Below are positions 1-11,064 of a DNA stretch of 64,000 nt, one piece after another. Positions within the stretch are counted from its first letter, which is position 1. Each line of letters begins with the position of its first letter. Under the pieces are notes generated by a model, which saw only the letters and a program-made list of their open reading frames with translations, was not told the DNA's origin and ran no database searches. The position numbers and the translations under genes are program-made. The stretch is from positions 1 through 64,000 of the forward strand of contig CAVOGR010000001.1 of the NCBI GenBank assembly GCA_963695555.1, given 5' to 3'. This DNA comes from an uncultured Gemmatimonadales bacterium (GTDB taxonomy: Bacteria > Gemmatimonadota > Gemmatimonadetes > Gemmatimonadales > GWC2-71-9).

Positions 1-2506
1 GGCTCGATAGCGAACGTCTGCGCAATCTCGGCAGAGGGACTGGGATGCTCTCGATGACACCATCGTCGCTCATTGCGTGACACTCTATCGCCTGGCCAAG
101 ACGGTATGCGAGGCCTGGGAAGAGCACCAGCTCGCGGAGAACGTTCGTGACTTCGACGCCCTGATCCTCGACTGCCGCCGTCTTCTAGCGGAGGACGAGC
201 TGGCCCCGGCGCTCGACGGCATTCGCCGCCGGTTCAGGCTCTTCATCATCGACGAATTCCAGGACACCGACGGCGCCCAGCGCGACATCGCCTTCCGGAT
301 TGCCGGCATAGGCAGCGGGGTAGCAGAGCGGGCAGGGGCCCGCAGCTGTTCGTGGTGGGCGACCCGAAGCAGAGCATCTACGGCTTCCGCGGGGCGGACA
401 TTTCGGTGTGGAACCAGGTGCGCACGGAATTCCAGAACCACGGCGAGCCGCTCGCCCTCACTCGAAACTTCCGGAGCGAGCCGCAGGTGGTGGACTACGT
501 GAACCGAGTGTGCGCTCCGCTGCTCCGAGACGTGGGTCAGCTGGTGGAGCAGCATGGTTCAGACAGCCGGGTCGATTATGTGGCGCTCCAACCTGCGCGC
601 AAGGAGTCCGCGGCGGCCGAGGTGGAGTGGCTGGTATCCGGCGGCAACGCCGAGGAGCGGCGGAAGCTCGAGGCCAAGATGGTGGCCGCGAGGATCCGCG
701 ACATCGTGGTCGATCCCTCGCGTGGCGACACCGAAGGCAGCAAGATCGTCGACCCCGATACCGGCGAGCTGCGTGACTGCTCCTACCGCGACATCGCCAT
801 CCTGTTCCGGGCTCGCACCGGCATCGAGCATTACGAGGCCGAGCTGCAGCACTATGGGGCACCGTACTACCTGACCGGTGATGCGGGCCTCATCGGGCGG
901 CTCGAGGTGCTCGACGTGCTGACCCTGCTCCGGCTGATCGAGAACCCGCTGGACGATCTGCGGGCCTTCGCCTATCTCCGTTCGCCCTTCGTCGGCCTTG
1001 CGCGACGAGGTCATCGCCCGCATTCGCCTGACCGTGCAGGGCGCGTCCCTGTTGCGCCAGGCCAAGAACTATCTCGACCAGGGTGACTGGTTCGATGCGC
1101 CCGAGCATGCAGAGGTATCCGCCATCGAGCGGGAGGCGCTCGCCAATGGTCTTCGCGTGATCGACGACCTGAGCCGGCTCCGCTCGCGCGTGCCGATCGA
1201 CCGGCTGGTGGAGGAGGCGCTCGACCGCACCGGGTACCGCCTCCATCTCCTGTTGCTCGAGCAGCCCAAGCCTCGGCTGGCCAATCTGCAGCGGTTCATC
1301 CGGATCCTCGAGGGCTATCGCAACCAGACCGTGGGCACCTTCCTCGAGATCTGGGCCCGCTGGGAGGGCCAGGACTTAGGGATTCCTCAGGCGCCGCTCT
1401 ACAGCAAGAAGGACGACGTGGTGACCCTGAGCACCATCCACGGCGCCAAGGGCCTCGAGTGGCCGGTGGTGTTCCTGGTGGACAACGAGCGTGCCATTAC
1501 CGACCGAAAGGGCGGGACGGTGTGGAGCGACCGGGTGCTGGGTCCCATCCTCTGCCCCAAGCAGGATGAGCGCGGGCCCGCGTGCCAACGTCTTGGCCGA
1601 GCGCGCCAAGGCCGAGGAGCGGGCGGAGGAGGCGCGGCTGATTTACGTGGCCACGACCCGGGCGCGCGATCGGCTGGTCATCGCCGGGGCGGTAGACACG
1701 CCCAAGGAAGTGCACCAAGTGGCTGGCCGAGGGGCGGGACGACTCGGTGCGCCTGACCGAAGACATTCCTCAGGTCGACATCCCTCCGCTTCCGCCCGAG
1801 CCCACGCTCGCGTGGCTCGACGGTTTGAGTGACGGCGGCGCTCTTCCGTCCCTGACCCATCCGGTCCCCGCTCGGCGCATCAGGTTCACCCAGTCGGCCA
1901 CCGAGCTCATGGCGCGCGGGCGGAGCCGCGAAGAGTGGCGGCTCAAGTATCACCACGGCGTCATTCCCTGTTGGTACTTCGCGCGTGATGGTGCAGGGCA
2001 GGGTGATGGCGGCGGTGGCCTGGGTGCCAGGACGCGGGGCATCGTGATCCATGGCGTGCTCGAGCGGATCCAGGAGGAGGAGGAGCTGGCCGAGCTGCTC
2101 GATGTGGTGATTGGGACGCTCGACGCGCCCGAGCTGGAGGAGCACATGGCGCCGGGCTCCAAGTACCGCCGCCAGCTGGAGCAGGAGATCCGCGGCGTGG
2201 TGTCGAGCGACGAGTGGCGCTGGTATGTCGAGGGCGAGCACTACCGCGAGCTCGACTTCGTCCAGTTCCGCACCCCCGAGAAGTGGCGGATCGGCGCCTT
2301 TGACCTCTACCGCCCGGCTGATCCCGACCGGCCTGATCGTCGACTTCAAGACCCAGGACGTGACGGCGGAGGAGGCCGAGCGGGAGGCGCGGAAGTATCG
2401 GGCGCAGGCGGCGATGTATCGGGTGGTGGCGGGGGCGTTAGGGCAGGGGCGGGGGGCGGAGATGCGGTTTCATTTTACGCGGCCGAATGTGGTGGTTGAG
2501 GTTTGA
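1..2506 (+). CDS. AddA/UvrD-like ATP-dependent helicase with C-terminal PD-(D/E)xK nuclease; 5'-truncated, split by about 5 frameshifts
   Basis: Consecutive ORF pieces carry SF1A motifs in order: IIDEFQDT, VGDPKQSIYGFRGAD, LTRNFRS, DIAILFR, TIHGAKGLEWPVVF, EEARLIYVATTRARDRL, then IVDFKT. Confidence 0.85.
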
Positions 2507-2671
2507 TGGGTGACTCTGCTCGGGATTGGGCGTTATCCAACCCGCAACTATGCCAAATCCAACGACTATCACGCGACTGTCGCACGCCTTTCCCATCTTA
2601 CGGGACTGTCAGAGATCAAGGCATGTTCGCGGAGTGGATTATCTCGCAACAATCACATGTAGAGGCACGCC

Positions 2672-3824
2672 ATGCCACGCCATCATCTACTGTCGGTTTG
2701 GAATCCGATCCATGGTCCGGACGTGATGGGCATGCACCTGCATACTTCTCCGCGCGGCCGAAGAACATAGGCGAGGGCACTGTGATGAGCAGGATGTCTT
2801 TGTCTGGTGGGGGAAGGTCATCTCGCCTAATCGCCAGGGTCCTCTTCCACACCTAGACGACATCTTGGCCATCGATGTGGAGCTGGCGCGAGATGATCCT
2901 GGTCCTGAGACGCATCTGTATTGACCGATTATCGCTCTCTCTACATCGCGCACGTCGGAGAAGTGACTGCTGATGACGTAAGGATGACAGATGGACACCG
3001 CGTCCCAGAATACTACACCTCCAAGAAATTATCCTGTGATTGCTGGTTTCGTCTGTGGGACATACGACGAATCGTGCATGATGATACGACGACCGTCGTG
3101 CAAGAGCTTGGGAAACGCACCCACCCGGTTACGGGAACCGTCCGGTCTCGATGTACGGGGGCATGGTGAACCTACCGTTGCTGGTGACGGGAACCGAGCC
3201 CGAGCGCTATTTCGATCCCTGATACACGCGACCGCTACACGCCAGGCTTGTTTTGGTGCGAGTTCGATGCCAGCACCTAGGGCTCGGGAAGATGGAGAGT
3301 GAGCTGCGGAAGAACCTGTTCGGGACAGATGCTTGGAACCGGTTTGGACCGTTGACCAGGTGCGTTCATCGCCAATGGCGAAAGAGCTCTACCGCGAGAA
3401 TATTGAAGAGCCAGGATTCGATGTCGGGGGCAGTTCATCGTCGAGTTCTGCAAAGCGCTTGAGGTACGGTGTAACCGATTGTTGAGGACGGCCCTAAAGG
3501 ACGTTCCGGCTCCGAGCGCTCATTCAATATTGACGGTCACTCTCTAGACCTGACGATCGACGGCCCCTGTACCTTGGGGCAGCTCGGTTACCTACTCGGT
3601 CAATGAGCCGGGCCTCCGGAAAACCCTCTCTGGGCGGCTGACGGGCTCTAAGTGGTTTCTGGAATCTTTGCCTCAGATCTTGAGCGAGCTCTCAAGAGCT
3701 GCGAAATCCAGCTGCTCACACAGGAATGCTCGGCCGCGAAGACGTGAACTACTGGCGCAACTACTTGATGGGAATTGGCTTCGATGGCATTTTTGCGCAG
3801 CTGGCAAAAGTCACCGCCAAGTAA
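2672..3824 (+). CDS. Frameshifted conserved protein resembling the HP0729 family, with a C-terminal HEPN-like RNxxxH motif
   Basis: Reassembled pieces MPRHHLLSVWNP / VFVWWGKVISPN / LYLTDYRSLYIAHV / VPEYYTSKKLSCDCWFRLWDIRRIV / VSMYGGMVNLPL / LRNPAAH / LMGIGFDGIFAQLAKVTAK*. Family resemblance is from memory, not a search. Confidence 0.5.
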
Positions 3825-3975
3825 TGCAGGAACCTCAGTCGAAGAGGGCAAGAATGATACTACTGTCGAACGAGATCCCGAATGGGCATGGCAACCTCGA
3901 GGCAGGCGAGTAGCAGTTCGCTCGTTAGCTGGTTTCGGCCCAGCAGCTCCAAAAGTTGTGAGTTCATTGTCCCTT

Positions 3976-4693
3976 TCAATCCCCATTCAAATATGACGAG
4001 GGCTCTATCTGTCTTGACCACCGGCGGAGCACCTGATTATGAGTTGCCTCAAATTTCGGAACATGATCTGGACGAGCAACGAGAAAGAACACCACGTGCG
4101 GTGTCCTAAAGGAGGCTACTAGCGGGGCGCCGAGGCGCTCCCTCAGCTCTTGAGCGAGGCCAGAAATGAACGCGCTGCGCTCCTTCCTCTGGAAGTGCTG
4201 GTAGATAACCAACGAATGCCCACGCTGGTACGCCTCTGAAATCTCCCGCCAGTACAGGTATTTTGAAGAATCCCGCCCTCCGTCCCGCACGCTCTTCACC
4301 TCGATTCCGTTATCCGGGTCGAAGAACATGATGGGGCAATCTGCGAGGGACTCCCACGCGGCTGCAAAGTACCAGGCGTGCTGTGGCAGGATCGTCCAAG
4401 AGCGCGTGATGATAGTGGCTCCTGGCAGAAGGTCCCAATCTTCGGCGTGTGTAACATTGCGGGCGACATCTGAGTGGAGCAGTCGCTGCAGGGCAGCGTA
4501 GAGTTCCGGGTCGTAGGATTTCCAGCGCCCAGGTTCCTCCAGGTAACGCCGAATTACTCGCCATCCGAACGGCCGTCGTCGGCAGTCAGAAGCCAGCACA
4601 CGCCGAGCCGGCAGACCGCTAGCCGCGCGATGGCTGCGGAGAAGGCCGTACTTCACGGTAATCGTTGATGTCACCGAAGTACTGATTCTTCAT
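3976..4693 (-). CDS. Conserved hypothetical protein (MKNQYFGDINDYRKYGLLR-type), frameshifted
   Basis: N-terminus MKNQYFGDINDYR joins the 3976..4674 ORF (KYGLLR...FFDPDNGIEVKS...SLVIYQHF). Confidence 0.55.
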
Positions 4694-4698
4694 CAGGG

Positions 4699-5291
4699 TC
4701 ACGTTGCAAGGACCTGCAGTATGGCAGCAGCCAGTTGGCCATACTGTACGGCAAGTGCACCTAGCCGCTCGAGGTCCTTGAGGGTGATGGATTGCCGTTT
4801 CGGTGACCACTCGTTGATCCGGCCGTCGCCAGAACGAAGAACGTCCACTGGGAGAGGTCCAGTGGGTCGACCGTAGCCTTGTCTTTGTGGTCGTGGAGGC
4901 AGAACACGTACACATCGGAATGCCTAGCCTTCTCGGGCGTGAACGTGTCGGTTACGGCATCCCACGCATGAGCCGGTTTGATTGAGAATTGCGGCTTTGA
5001 TAAGCGTTTCTGGGTCCATGTCTGAAGGTAGCCCGAGGACTTGACCTCGATCGCGGGTGCCGTCTGGAGTCTCTAGGTCGAATCCCTCCCAGTCACGCCG
5101 TGTCCCCGACGTGATGCCGAGGTCAGAGGCTACCAGAAACTCTGCCAGCCAGCCTCGGAACGTATTCCGAGGACATCTGAGCCGGCCCACTGCCAGAACT
5201 CGAGCATCTTCGGGCCGAGCGGTTTGCCCGCCATGTGAAAGGGCTCCGTGCCGTCGAGCCGCTGAGTCGGAACGTGACGAAGATCGTTCAT
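4699..5291 (-). CDS. Putative PD-(D/E)xK restriction-endonuclease-like protein, frameshifted
   Basis: Pieces EFWQWAGSD / NTFRGWLAEFLVA / WEGFDLETPDG / IEVKSSGYLQTW / DVYVFCLH / DPLDLSQWTFFVL, giving a D...ExK pattern. Confidence 0.55.
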
Positions 5292-5517
5292 TCGAATTGC
5301 TTGTTCGCCTCTGCTGTTGTCGGAAAATCCTAGCCTCACAGTCCACGCACTGTCAGGTTGGGTCATGCCCCGAGACGCCGCATCCGCCCAGCACGCACCT
5401 CCCCTCGTCGAGCTCGCGGTTCATCTTCTCGGTGGGCGTGACCGCCGTCCGAATCCGCGCGATCCGCTTTGATCCGCACTTCGGGCACTTCCTGGGCTTT
5501 CGCTTTGCCTCGTACAT
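5292..5517 (-). pseudogene. Small zinc-ribbon protein (CPKCGS...LGGC...CVDC) interrupted by an in-frame TGA
   Basis: MYEAKRKPRKCPKCGSKRIAR...VLGGCGVSGHDPT*QCVDCE; TGA at 5353-5355; 3' end approximate. Confidence 0.45.
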
Positions 5518-5901
5518 CGCAGGTCTCCCATACCTTGTTAACGCCCATCTGCCACGGTTGCAACCTGCCGACGGTACCAGACTGACATAGGGGTGTGACA
5601 GTGGGTGGAGTGCGGGTAAGGCGGAAGGACGGGAAGGAGCTGAGGAGCGACGCTGGCAATCGGTCGACTTTGCGGCGTCGAGACTGCCCGGGCCGAGGCG
5701 AGATCGAGGCCCCCGTGGCTATTAGCGACAGGTGCCGAGTCGCGGCTTGAGCCGGGACAGGGCCAAGGCTAGCTCATTAGCCGGTGATGCGCCTTCGCCG
5801 AGCAGGACCCGCCCTGCGCCCCCCGCCGCTGTCACACCCTCCTTGCATCTTGGCACCAAGAATCCGTCCACAGGAAGGCCTCATCCAATAGGGAGTGAGT
5901 C

Positions 5902-6845
5902 ATGAGAAACCCAATCCTCGGAACCCTCTGCCTGGCCCTCGCCGCCTGCAGCGGTGCCGGCGACGCCGACGGCGCCCGTCGCACCCGGCCCGAACGCCAT
6001 CCCGCCCGACCTGGTCATCGTCTCGGGCCAGGGCCAGAGCGGCCCGGTCGGGACCGAGCTGCCCGACCCGTTGGTGGTGCGGGCCACCGGCGACAAGGAC
6101 AAGCCCTTGAAGGGCCAGCTGGTGAACTTCGTGGTGGTCGCGGGCGGCGGCAGCATGTTCGCCGGCTCGAGCATCACCAACAACGACGGCCTGGCCCAGG
6201 ACTTCCTGACCCTGGGGCCGGCGGCGGGCCAGAACGTGGTCGAGGTGCGGGCGGTCGACCCGGCCACCGGCGAGAAGCTGGTGTTCGCCCAGTTCACCGC
6301 CACCGGCATCGCACCCAGTCCAGTGACGCGGTTCACCGACGAGGCCGCGTTCCTCGCGGCCAGCGGCGCCGCCGTCGACGGTCACCTACCCGAACGCGAG
6401 GGCCCTCACCACCACCCCGTACGTCGAGAACGGTGTGACCCTCGCGAGCGCGGCCGGGTTCAACAATCGGATCGGCGAGGAGACACCCCTCCTGGCCGGC
6501 AACGAATTCGTGGTCAGCGGCGCCGAGAACGTCGATATCACGCTGAGTCCCGCGGTCAAGGCCTTTGGGCTCCGGATGCAGGATGGATTCGCCGTCGGGA
6601 ACGTCGGCACGTGTCCTCCCTTCCCCACATTCGACTCGCAGTTCACCTTCACCTTCAAGTCGGGCGGCACGACACTCGGCACGCTGACCGAAGATCCGCC
6701 GGTGGACGAGGTGTTCTTCCTCGGCGCCATCTTCAGCCAGCCGGTCGACCGGATCGAGATCCGCGAGCTCGGGTCGGTGATCGGCGACCTGGGGGATAAG
6801 TACTGCGAGAACGACTTCTTTGGGGTGATCTACACGGGGATGTGA
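5902..6845 (+). CDS. Exported lipoprotein with Ig-like (Big-type) domain, two frameshifts
   Basis: Lipobox LAAC; SGQGQSGPVGTELPDPLVVR...VNFVVVAGGGS...TNNDGLA Ig-like stretch; continues in the 6435..6845 ORF. Confidence 0.6.
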
Positions 6846-7180
6846 GGGCAGGTTTGCGGGTTGGAGATCGCGACAGGTCAAATAGCTATTGGCTATTGGC
6901 TATTGGTCCTTTGCGGGTTGGTCGATCGCAACAAAGCATACGGCCATCACCGAAGGCACCTTCACCGGAGGCTATTACAGTGGGCAAGCACTTTCCGACG
7001 CTGCCGGACGATCACTTCCAGACGCCCTTCGCATACTCCGTACCCAAACGGCTCCGACCCTTCGAGCCGCCGCCTGGTGCTACGACATCCCCGCCGCCGG
7101 CGGTCCAGGATCAGGTGTTGGGCCGGACCGAGGAGTAAGGAGTAAGGAGCAACGAGTAAGGAGGCGGCTAACCTCCGGAT

Positions 7181-7300
7181 TGTCATCCCGAGGGTGCGAA
7201 GCGCCCGAGGGATCTCAGTAACGCATGCCCGGGGCGTTACGTGGGCGAGGCTGAGGTCGGGGAAGAGTTGAGGAGATCCCTCGCTTCGCTCGGGATGACA
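7181..7300 (+). repeat. Palindromic-ended element copy 1 (36 bp long arm, 56 bp spacer, 28 bp short arm)
   Basis: TGTCATCCCGAGGGTGCGAAGCGCCCGAGGGATCTC ... GAGATCCCTCGCTTCGCTCGGGATGACA. Confidence 0.95.
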
Positions 7301-7320
7301 GATTCGCCCAGGGTTGAGGG

Positions 7321-7439
7321 GATGTGATCGGGGCCCCCGTCGCTTTAGTGACAGATTGCCGAGTCGCGGCTTTAGCCGCGGACTGCGGGCGGAGGTCGAG
7401 GAACAGTCGAGAAGATCCCTCGCTCCGCTCGGGATGACA
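7321..7439 (+). repeat. Second repeat family (CGCGGCTTTAGCCGCG hairpin) fused to a solo short arm
   Basis: Closely similar to 18174-18287; related sequence at about 5700-5760 and, inverted, at about 21520-21560. Confidence 0.8.
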
Positions 7440-7625
7440 CAACGACGGGAAGACGGGAAGTAAAGAAAGAGAGAGGTAGGACACCGATGCGCCGACCTAC
7501 CGACTGACCGACCGCCCTACTCTCCACTCCCCACTCCCTACTCCCAGCTGTACCCACGATCTTTCAGTGCCCCCGACCCATAGCCAACAGTCAACAGCTG
7601 CCGACCCTGGCGCCCTACTTCGTAG

Positions 7626-7644
7626 TATACTACATTGTAGTATA
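7626..7644. promoter_or_regulatory. Probable TA autorepression operator
   Basis: Perfect 9 bp inverted repeat TATACTACA-T-TGTAGTATA upstream of the RelE-like gene. Confidence 0.65.
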
Positions 7645-7667
7645 TCTATTGATGGGGTAGTCGGGCG

Positions 7668-8012
7668 GTGATCCAATTCATTGAAACGACTGGATTTACC
7701 GACCGTATCCGCAAGCTGGGATTGGAGCCGGACCTTGAGGCCCTGCAGCAGGAGCTGCTGGCGAACCCCACGAGAGGCAAGCGGGACCCTGGCACCGGAG
7801 GTCTCCGCAAGGTGCGCATGCCGGACAGTGGCCGCGGCAAGGGAAAGAGTGGTGGTGCGCGGGTGCACTACTTGTACCTCCCGAAGCCGGCGGTCATCTA
7901 CCTGGTCTTCGTGTTCACCAAGGACGAACTCGACACCTTGTCGCCGGTGCAGAAAAAGCAGGTGCGCAGGCTCACGCAGGCGATCAAGCAGGAATGGCGC
8001 TCCCGTTCCTGA
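7668..8012 (+). CDS. RelE/HigB-like toxin
   Basis: GTGGLRKVR...GKGKSGGARVHY...IYLVFVFTKDE. Confidence 0.85.
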   Translation: MIQFIETTGFTDRIRKLGLEPDLEALQQELLANPTRGKRDPGTGGLRKVRMPDSGRGKGKSGGARVHYLYLPKPAVIYLVFVFTKDELDTLSPVQKKQVRRLTQAIKQEWRSRS

Positions 8013-8032
8013 CGGGACGAGAGGACGAGGTT

Positions 8033-8359
8033 ATGGAAGACAAGCTCTACAAGGAATTCATGGTGTCGCTGGGCGAGGCGCTCGACCATGCCAAGGGCAA
8101 GCTCGAGCTCCGCACAACGACCCTGCCAGCCCCGCCGCATCCCATGAGTGCGGACGAGATCAGGTCACTCCGAGAGGACATTCATGCCTCGCAGGCGGTC
8201 TTCGCCCATTGCCTGAACGTCAGCACCAAGCTGGTCCAAGCCTGGGAAGCAAACCGGCGTCAGCCGCAGGGAGCCGCTCTACGACTATTGGACCTCGCGC
8301 GCCGAGAGCCGCAGGTGGTGTTTGGTGAGTTGATCGAGGGAGTAGGGAGTAGGGAGTAG
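8033..8359 (+). CDS. HigA-like XRE HTH antitoxin
   Basis: EIRSLREDIHASQAVFAHCLNVSTKLVQAWEANRRQPQG; follows the toxin; C-terminus GVGSRE comes from the repeat tract. Confidence 0.85.
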   Translation: MEDKLYKEFMVSLGEALDHAKGKLELRTTTLPAPPHPMSADEIRSLREDIHASQAVFAHCLNVSTKLVQAWEANRRQPQGAALRLLDLARREPQVVFGELIEGVGSRE

Positions 8360-8387
8360 GGAGTGGGAAGGCGGGTAACCTCTGAAC

Positions 8388-8505
8388 TGTCATCCCGAGG
8401 GTGCGAAGCGCCCGAGGGATCTCACTACCGCATGCCCGGGGAGTCGTGGACCAAGGCCGCGTTCGGGTAGCAGTCGAGGAGATCCCTCGCTGCGCTCGGG
8501 ATGAC
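8388..8505 (+). repeat. Palindromic-ended element copy 2
   Basis: Same arms; spacer identical to copy 3. Confidence 0.95.
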
Positions 8506-8622
8506 GGAAGGCGGAAAGTCGGCCAGTGTGAAAGACGGAAAGGGCGAAGAGGAATCAGAAGTAGAATCCTTGACCGATTACTTCCCGTCTTCCCGCCTTT
8601 CCGTCTTAACGGTCGTCTGCCA

Positions 8623-8650
8623 TTGACATACAATCGTATGCTTCTAGCAT
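8623..8650 (+). promoter_or_regulatory. Sigma70-like promoter, probably leaderless, with overlapping CATAC/GTATG inverted repeats
   Basis: TTGACA-16 bp-TAGCAT, 6 bp before ATG 8657. Confidence 0.55.
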
Positions 8651-8656
8651 ACATAC

Positions 8657-9205
8657 ATGCTCGCCGCACTCCTGGGCTCCCGCGCCCGCGCCGCCATCCT
8701 GGCCCGTCTCCTCCTCGCCCCCGACCGGGAGGAGCATCTGCGCGAGCTGGCCCGCGCCACCGGCTTCGCGCCCCGCACCGTGCAGGTCGAGGTCGATCGG
8801 CTAGTCGCAGCCGGCATCGTGCACGAGCGGCGTTCCGGCAACCGTCGGTACCTCTCGGCGGAAAAAGGCCACCCACTCTACAGCGGACTGTGCCAACTTC
8901 TCCAGGAGAGTTACGGCCTCGAGGCCGCTCTCAAGGAAGCTGTCAGAGACGTGCCCGCTATCGAGGAGGCGTTCATGTTCGGCTCGGCCGGCCGCGGCGA
9001 GCGGCGCGCAGGGAGTGATGTGGACGTCCTACTGGTCGGGTCCATCGGAACCCGCCAGAGCCTGACGCTGCTCCGGCCGCTGGCAACCCGGTTCGGCGTC
9101 GAGATCTCTCCGGTCGTGTACTCCCCGAAGGAATTCCGGAAGCGCGCCCGCGTCCGAGGCTTCGTCGCCTCGGTGCTCGAGTCGAATCCTACGCGCTTGA
9201 AGTAG
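8657..9205 (+). CDS. wHTH plus minimal nucleotidyltransferase (MNT) antitoxin
   Basis: HLRELARATG HTH; FGSAGRGERRAGSDVDVL (GS...DxD). Confidence 0.8.
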   Translation: MLAALLGSRARAAILARLLLAPDREEHLRELARATGFAPRTVQVEVDRLVAAGIVHERRSGNRRYLSAEKGHPLYSGLCQLLQESYGLEAALKEAVRDVPAIEEAFMFGSAGRGERRAGSDVDVLLVGSIGTRQSLTLLRPLATRFGVEISPVVYSPKEFRKRARVRGFVASVLESNPTRLK

Positions 9206-9213
9206 TACCCCGT

Positions 9214-9663
9214 GTGACCACGCTCGACGACTGGCTGCGAAGCCGCTGGCTCACCGCCCACGTCCCCTCACCGAGCGAACTCGAGAATCTCCTGGCTATC
9301 GCAGAGCGTGACCTGGCGGATTCATCGGTGGCAGGTGTCTCGCTGGATGCCCAGTTGGGGCTCCTCTACAACGCCGCACTCAAGCTCGCCGACATCGCGC
9401 TCCGCCTGAGGGGCTTCCGCGCTGCGCGTGAGAACGCCCATTACCGCATCATCAACTCGCTGCCCCACACGTTGGGCGAACGGTGGGCCGAATCAGCCGA
9501 GTTCCTGGACCTGGTCCGAACACTACGCCACCGCGGTGACTATGAAGCCGTCGGCGTCGCGACCGAAGAGGTCGTCGCGGAGCTGCGGACGGAATTAGGT
9601 CGGCTGGGGCCTGCCGTGCGATCCGAGATCAAGACGAAGAGTGAGGAATGGAGTAAGGAGTGA
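9214..9663 (+). CDS. HEPN-domain protein (MNT partner)
   Basis: AERDLADS...LLYNAAL...RTLRHRGDY; directly downstream of the MNT gene. Confidence 0.7.
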   Translation: MTTLDDWLRSRWLTAHVPSPSELENLLAIAERDLADSSVAGVSLDAQLGLLYNAALKLADIALRLRGFRAARENAHYRIINSLPHTLGERWAESAEFLDLVRTLRHRGDYEAVGVATEEVVAELRTELGRLGPAVRSEIKTKSEEWSKE

Positions 9664-9746
9664 GCAGTAAGGAGTAAGGAGTGAGGAGGGAGGAGTGAGG
9701 AGTGAGGAGTGAAGAGTAAGGAGTAAGGAGTAAGGAGTAAGGAGTG
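9639..9746 (+). repeat. Long heptamer tract (GGAGTAA/GGAGTGA)n overlapping the HEPN stop codon
   Basis: About 15 degenerate units read directly. Confidence 0.95.
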
Positions 9747-9804
9747 TGCGACAGGGAGTGGGGAGTAGCCTGTAGGGAGTAGGAGGGCAGGGGAGGCTCT
9801 GGAT

Positions 9805-9923
9805 TGTCATCCCGAAGGTGCAGAGCGCCCGAGGGATCTCACTACCGCATGCCCGGGGAGTCGTGGACCAAGGCCGCGTTCGGGTAGCAGTCGAGGAGAT
9901 CCCTCGCTGCGCTCGGGATGACA
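9805..9923 (+). repeat. Palindromic-ended element copy 3
   Basis: Arms as in copy 1. Confidence 0.95.
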
Positions 9924-10000
9924 GAACATGGCGAATAACACTGCAACACGCGACCTTGCCGATCCGCCGATCCGCCGATCCGCCGATCCGCCGAGTCTGC

Positions 10001-10387
10001 TTACCGCCTCGCCCGCTCTCGAATCCATTGCGCCAGGTCGGCTTCCGACATGGTGCCGGAGGCCGTCCTGAGCATCACTGCCACGACGTCACGCTCGTCG
10101 GCGACGAGATCCAGGCCGTTCAGGCCGAGGAATACGACCATGGTGACGAAGGCGGTGCGTTTGTTGCCGTCCCGGTAGCAGTTGCTGCGCGCGATGCCGT
10201 AGCAGTAGGCGGCGGCGAGTGCTGCGAGGTCGGTTGCGTTGTCGTAGTGATACTTATGCTGAGGGCGTGAGAGAGCCGACTCCAATGCGTTCTCGTCGCC
10301 GATGCCTTGGAGTCCACCGTGTTCGCGAAGCTGTTCGAAGTGGATGATGTCAACCACCAGCCGACTGACCCAGCGCGGTTCCTTCAC
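10001..10387 (-). CDS. Doc (death-on-curing) Fic-family toxin with variant motif
   Basis: HGGLQGI...LESALSRP...YGIARSNCYRDGNKRTAF. Confidence 0.85.
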   Translation of the reverse strand: MKEPRWVSRLVVDIIHFEQLREHGGLQGIGDENALESALSRPQHKYHYDNATDLAALAAAYCYGIARSNCYRDGNKRTAFVTMVVFLGLNGLDLVADERDVVAVMLRTASGTMSEADLAQWIRERARR

Positions 10388-10399
10388 CGGCCCGCGCTC

Positions 10400-10627
10400 T
10401 TACTGGCCCAGCTCGCGCAGCGCATTGCGGTATCGCTTGGCGGCACTGCGCATGAAGTCCAGGGCCGCGATGGTGGTGGGGTCGTACGGGGTGAGCAGGA
10501 TGCCGTGCTCGGTCTCCACCGCCAGGACGGTGTCTCCCGCCTCGACCTTGAGCCGATCGACCATGTCCTTGGGCAACGTGGTGCCCACCGAGCCACCCAC
10601 CTGCCGCAAGGTAATTTCTTTGAACAT
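10400..10627 (-). CDS. AbrB/MazE-type antitoxin
   Basis: LRQVGGSVGTTLPKDMVDRLKVEAGD...RYRNALRELG; upstream of doc. Confidence 0.85.
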   Translation of the reverse strand: MFKEITLRQVGGSVGTTLPKDMVDRLKVEAGDTVLAVETEHGILLTPYDPTTIAALDFMRSAAKRYRNALRELGQ

Positions 10628-10794
10628 AAAGAGTTAGCCCGTGTCTCTGGTGATGTTATACTCCCATGCTACAATATATAACTTTTGTGTGACGGGGCAA
10701 GGAAGGGGAGGAGTAAAGGAGTGAGGAGTGAGGAGTGTGGATAGGGAGTGGGGAGTAGCATGTAGGGAGTAGGAGGGCAGGGTAGGCTCTGGAT

Positions 10795-10913
10795 TGTCAT
10801 CCCGAGGGTGCGAAGCGCCCGAGGGATCTCGTTAACGCATGCCCGGAGAGTTATCTGAGCGAGGCGGAGCTCGAGCCTCGTTAAGGAGATCCCTCGCTTC
10901 GCTCGGGATGACA
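10795..10913 (+). repeat. Palindromic-ended element copy 4
   Basis: Arms as in copy 1; extended flanks shared with copy 3. Confidence 0.95.
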
Positions 10914-11064
10914 GAGCATGGCGGATGTACACTGCAACACGCGACCGCCGAACCGCCGATCCGCCGATTCGCCGATTCGCCGATCCGCCCAACCGCCGAC
11001 CCGCCGACCCGCCCTCCTTACACCAGCTTGCGACGAGTACTACTAAGTATTACTTTCTCATACC

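Noticed and set aside
5353..5355. In-frame TGA in the zinc-ribbon gene as selenocysteine or recoded Trp
   Set aside because: It is not at a Cys position of the CxxC pairs, other genes here use TGA as stop, and the region is error-rich.
8220..9018. ORFs such as MRSARGISL... and ...EIPRALRTLGMT..., seen at several element copies
   Set aside because: They are translations of the palindromic repeat, not independent genes.
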